Below are positions 60,527-64,000 of a DNA stretch of 64,000 bases, one piece after another (position 1 is the stretch's first letter; every line of letters begins with the position of its first letter). Under the pieces are notes generated by a model. It did not search any database and was not told where the DNA came from. It saw only the letters and a program-made list of their open reading frames with translations. Position numbers and translations under genes: made by a program. The DNA is from Bryobacterales bacterium (lineage in GTDB: Bacteria > Acidobacteriota > Terriglobia > Bryobacterales > UBA6623), in the NCBI GenBank assembly GCA_965218555.1, contig OZ244625.1:3397303-3461302 (forward strand). Reading direction: 5' to 3'.

Positions 60527-61666
60527 ATGATTGAATGGCTTGGCATTGGCCACCTCTTCGAGCTTTCCCGGACGGAAGCGATTGCGGGGTTTTTCACCCC
60601 GCTGGTGATCTTCGCCGTGTTTTTCCTGGCGCAGCTCATGCTGCCAGGATGGCGGGTTCCCGGCTACGTCATCAATCCGGAGACCGGTGAACCCCGCAAC
60701 TATCGGTTAAACGGTCTTCTGGTGTTTGCAATCGCGCTGATCGTGTGGGCTCTCGGTCTCACCGGGATGCCGCGTGATTGGTTCTACCGCTCCTCGATCT
60801 ATGCTGTGGCTGGCGGAACGGTCTTCACCACGATCTTTACAATCCTAGCGGTGTTCAGCCAGCCGCAAGAAAAGATAAAGAATCCGATCTTGGCGCTGTG
60901 GGTTGGGCGGGCCCAGGAGCTGTCGTTCTTCAACAACCGCTTTGACGTAAAGATGTATTTCTATGTCGTCGGTGGGACGATGTTGTCGCTCAACGCCCTG
61001 TCCGGGGCCGCGTACCACTACGAACTCTTTGGCGAAGACTCCAATCCAGGCGTTTTCCTGTATGCGGCGTTCTTCACATTCTACGTACTGGACTACTTCA
61101 TCTTTGAGCGCGTCCAGCTATATACGTACGATCTGATCCATGAGAATCTCGGCTTCAAGTTGTTCTGGGGCGGCCTCGTGGTCTACGGGTGGCTGTTCAT
61201 CCTCCCGTTGTGGGGCATGGCCGCTTACCCGGACCCCGGTTTCTCGCCGGCAGGGACGTATGTTTGGCTCATCGGAACGGCTGCGCTGTTCCTGTTCGGG
61301 TGGAGCATCTCGCGCGGCGCCAACTTGCAGAAATACACATTCAAGCGATGGCCCGAACGCAAGTTTCTCGGACTCATCGAGCCTGAGTACATTGAGGCCG
61401 GTGACCGCAAGATCTTGTGCAGTGGTCTATGGGGTGTCGCCCGACACTTCAACTACATGGGCGAGGGGTTCCTTTCCCTGTCAATTGCCCTGGTATTCGG
61501 CTACTTCACTAATCCCTGGGCTTGGACCTACTTTGTCTTCATCATCACGCTGTTCACCTTCCGTCAACGTGATGACGACAGGCTCTGTGCCGAGAAATAC
61601 GGCGCCGATAAGTGGGCAGAGTATCAGGCACGGGTGAAGTACCGGATTATTCCCGGCGTTTATTGA
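60527..61666 (+). CDS. ERG4/ERG24-family sterol reductase (delta14/delta7/delta24-type)
   Basis: Multi-TM protein with YRLNGL, YD.IHE.LGF.L.WG, ILCSGLWGVARHFNYMGE, R..DD..C.EKYG..W.EY..RVKYRIIPGVY. Confidence 0.9.
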   Translation: MIEWLGIGHLFELSRTEAIAGFFTPLVIFAVFFLAQLMLPGWRVPGYVINPETGEPRNYRLNGLLVFAIALIVWALGLTGMPRDWFYRSSIYAVAGGTVFTTIFTILAVFSQPQEKIKNPILALWVGRAQELSFFNNRFDVKMYFYVVGGTMLSLNALSGAAYHYELFGEDSNPGVFLYAAFFTFYVLDYFIFERVQLYTYDLIHENLGFKLFWGGLVVYGWLFILPLWGMAAYPDPGFSPAGTYVWLIGTAALFLFGWSISRGANLQKYTFKRWPERKFLGLIEPEYIEAGDRKILCSGLWGVARHFNYMGEGFLSLSIALVFGYFTNPWAWTYFVFIITLFTFRQRDDDRLCAEKYGADKWAEYQARVKYRIIPGVY

Positions 61667-61788
61667 GAGGGCTCCCAGCACCAGCTGCGCCAGTATCATC
61701 GCAAGTTGTTGCTCGTAATAGACTTACTACTGATCACGCTGCCCTGATCCCCTCATCACATCCCTCTTTCCGAGGTAGAATCCATTAG

Positions 61789-63510
61789 CCCGGATATTTC
61801 ACCAGGGGGTAGAAAAAGGGCTGCCTGTTGTGGCATAGAACATTTATGTCCAAAACGTTAGCGCCACAGAAGACAAGCCGCCCTCCGATAACAGAGTGTA
61901 GCCAATCGAGCTTCTCGTTTGGCAAGCACTTTCGCCGCCAAGTAAGCACCCGGTTTGATGGCGGGGTGATCAGCTCCGACGGCGGCGCGCTGCTGTTGCG
62001 CGAGGTCGACCGGCGCATCAAGCTGCTGCCGCGCCTGGCGGTCTGTTTCGAGGACCGCCGCGATCCGCGGCGCATCGAACACCGGGTTGCGGAGCTGGTC
62101 TCGCAGCGGGTGTATGCGCTGGCGCTGGGATACGAAGACCTCAACGATCACGACGAGTTGCGCAGCGAACCGCTGCTGGCGCTGCTAGTGGGCAAGAGCG
62201 ACTTGGAAGGGCAGCAGCGCAGCCGAGAGCGTGATCGCGGCAAGCCGCTGGCGGGCAAGAGCACGCTGAACCGGCTGGAACACAGGACCGACGGTTTGGA
62301 CCGCTACCAGAAGATCTGTTGCGACAGCGAAGCGATCGACCGCCTACGGGTGAACGTGTTCATAGAAGCACACCCGCAGGAGCCGGCCGAGATCATTCTC
62401 GATATCGACGCCACCGACACGCCCTTGCAGGGGCAGCAGGAGGGGCGTTTCTTTCACGGGTACTACGGTCACTACTGTTACTTGCCGCTGTACATCTTCA
62501 GCGGCGAGCACGTCTTGTGCGCGCGGCAGCGGGTGTCGAATCAAGACGCGGCGGCGGGCAGCGTGGCGGAGTTGGAGAGGATCGTGGCGCAGATCCGGGA
62601 AGCTTGGCCGGAGGTGAAGATCCTGCTGCGAGCCGACTCGGGGTTTTGTCGGGACGAGTTGCTGAGCTGCTGCGAGGCGAACCAGGTGGGGTACGTGGTG
62701 GGGCTGGCGCGCAACGAGCGGTTGCGGTCGCTGCTGGAGGAGGCGCTCGCAGAGGCGGCGAGGAGGCAGCAGCAGACGGGCCGGCCGGCGCGGGTCTTTA
62801 GCGAGTTCGGGTATCAGACGCGGCAGAGTTGGAGCCGGGCGCGGCGGGTGGTGGGGAAAGCCGAACAGCTCTCGGGCAAGCAGAATCCGCGCTATGTGGT
62901 GACGTCGCTGGAGGCCCAGAGATGGCCGCCGCAACGGTTGTACGAACAACTCTACTGCCGGCGCGGGGAGGCCGAGAATCGCATCAAGGAGCAGTTGAGT
63001 CTGTTTGCTGATCGCATGAGCAGCGAGACGCTGCGGGCCAATCAACTGCGGCTGTATCTGTCGTCGCTGGCGTACGTGTTGCTGGTGGCGCTGCGGCGGC
63101 TGGGGCTCAAGGGCACACGGTGGGCGCGGGCCCAGACGGAGACGATCCGGCGGGGGTTGTTGAAGATCGGGGCACAGGTGAAGGTGAGCGTGCGGCGGGT
63201 GTACCTGTCGTTGGCCGGCGGCTACCCCGATGAGGAGGCATTCGCGGCGGTGTATCGGGCGTTGCGTCCGCCGGGAGGAGCAACTGTTTGCTAACACGGA
63301 GCGAACCAAAAACGGCGCCCCCAGGGGGCGCAGGGGCGAAGTGTTTCTAGAATCGGCAACAACCCGAAAAACGGACTTTCGCGAGCCGCAATGGGCGACC
63401 TAAAGCGCCCCGTATCGGCCCTCGCCTCCCTCGCCGCGGAGGATTCCGATCTTTAGACTATATTTCGGCCCCTCTCAACCCATCGCAAAGCCGCTGGTGA
63501 GAAAAGGCGG
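61789..63510 (+). mobile_element. IS1380-family insertion sequence (1722 bp)
   Basis: Ends CCCGGATATTTCACCAG and CTGGTGAGAAAAGGCGG (imperfect inverted repeat), flanked by TTAG and CTAG. Confidence 0.85.
61846..63294 (+). CDS. IS1380-family transposase
   Basis: FDGG.ISSDGG, GYEDLNDH, LDIDATD, FFHGYY..YCYLPL, RADSGF, Y..RG..ENRIKE, ANQLRL. Start uncertain. Confidence 0.95.
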   Translation: MSKTLAPQKTSRPPITECSQSSFSFGKHFRRQVSTRFDGGVISSDGGALLLREVDRRIKLLPRLAVCFEDRRDPRRIEHRVAELVSQRVYALALGYEDLNDHDELRSEPLLALLVGKSDLEGQQRSRERDRGKPLAGKSTLNRLEHRTDGLDRYQKICCDSEAIDRLRVNVFIEAHPQEPAEIILDIDATDTPLQGQQEGRFFHGYYGHYCYLPLYIFSGEHVLCARQRVSNQDAAAGSVAELERIVAQIREAWPEVKILLRADSGFCRDELLSCCEANQVGYVVGLARNERLRSLLEEALAEAARRQQQTGRPARVFSEFGYQTRQSWSRARRVVGKAEQLSGKQNPRYVVTSLEAQRWPPQRLYEQLYCRRGEAENRIKEQLSLFADRMSSETLRANQLRLYLSSLAYVLLVALRRLGLKGTRWARAQTETIRRGLLKIGAQVKVSVRRVYLSLAGGYPDEEAFAAVYRALRPPGGATVC

Positions 63511-63726
63511 CTAGATCTCCGAAGACGTTCGCGGACAGGCGGCCCGACGGGTGCGGCCGCGATCGAACGGCACTTGGCCGCTTAGATCGCATTGCGCAAT
63601 AGCCAGCGCCTGGAGGTGGCCATGCGTTTCCCTGCACTCTTGCATGGCCGCCAACATCCCCACAGGTGCGGCCCTGAACCCTGTCAGCGCCTCCGCCGAC
63701 CCGCAGGCGCGAGCGCGGCGATGGGC

Positions 63727-63999
63727 CTAGAGTACTCCAGGGATCACCGCCTTCCGACCGGCCGGATAGTCTGCGAACCGTTCCCGGTACCACCGGTGGT
63801 GGCTGAGTGCTCTCGGGACGAGGTTGGCCCCTGTGTAGGTGAAGAACGCGAGTCCGCCCAGCGACCACGTCGCCACCGCCCACCCGGACCATTCCAGCAA
63901 CTCTCCTAGATAGTTGGGGCAGGAGACGTAGCGGAATGCCCCTCCGTGCGGGATGGAGTATCCGGTTCGGCCGGGCTTGCGCAGGCCGAGCAGGATGTT
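63727..63999 (-). CDS. Steroid 5-alpha-reductase (3-oxo-5-alpha-steroid 4-dehydrogenase) family protein, C-terminal 90 aa, runs off the window
   Basis: Manual translation: NILLGLRKPGRTGYSIPHGGAFRYVSCPNYLGELLEWSGWAVATWSLGGLAFFTYTGANLVPRALSHHRWYRERFADYPAGRKAVIPGVL*. Confidence 0.9.
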   Translation of the reverse strand, partial: NILLGLRKPGRTGYSIPHGGAFRYVSCPNYLGELLEWSGWAVATWSLGGLAFFTYTGANLVPRALSHHRWYRERFADYPAGRKAVIPGVL

Positions 64000-64000
64000 G

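Noticed and set aside
63458-63909. ORF-track calls 63458-63892 (-) and 63592-63909 (+)
   Set aside because: They overlap the true steroid 5-alpha-reductase frame and have no protein-like motifs.
1-64000. CRISPR array, tRNA or rRNA genes
   Set aside because: No regularly spaced repeats, cloverleaf or rRNA-like segments were recognised by eye.

Overview
A GC-rich bacterial chromosomal window, most likely Acidobacteriota (Bryobacterales/Solibacter-like). This is inferred from a TIGR03437-type C-terminal domain, an Oar-like TonB-dependent receptor, DUF1501/DUF1553 pairs and Tat-exported Gfo/Idh/MocA oxidoreductases. Core genes are hfq-hflX, dsbD, sthA, ffh-rpsP-khpA-rimM-trmD-rplS-rnhB, trpC-trpF-trpB-trpA-chorismate mutase-tyrA and leuC-leuD. 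Mobile elements are a complete IS481 (6-bp TCTAGC target duplication, inserted at a stop codon) and an IS1380. Signs of decay are a 5'-truncated TonB receptor, a methyltransferase-Ig fusion with three lesions, a frameshifted amidohydrolase, an MmeI-like remnant, and a collapsed tandem duplication of a glycoside hydrolase-sialidase-aldolase operon. The most notable signal is at the right end. An ERG4/ERG24-family sterol reductase converges, across the IS1380, on the C-terminus of a steroid 5-alpha-reductase (SRD5A-like, missing from the ORF track). This suggests a bacterial sterol/steroid-reduction locus. No rRNA, tRNA or CRISPR array was recognised. All family calls come from motif recognition by eye, not from database searches.
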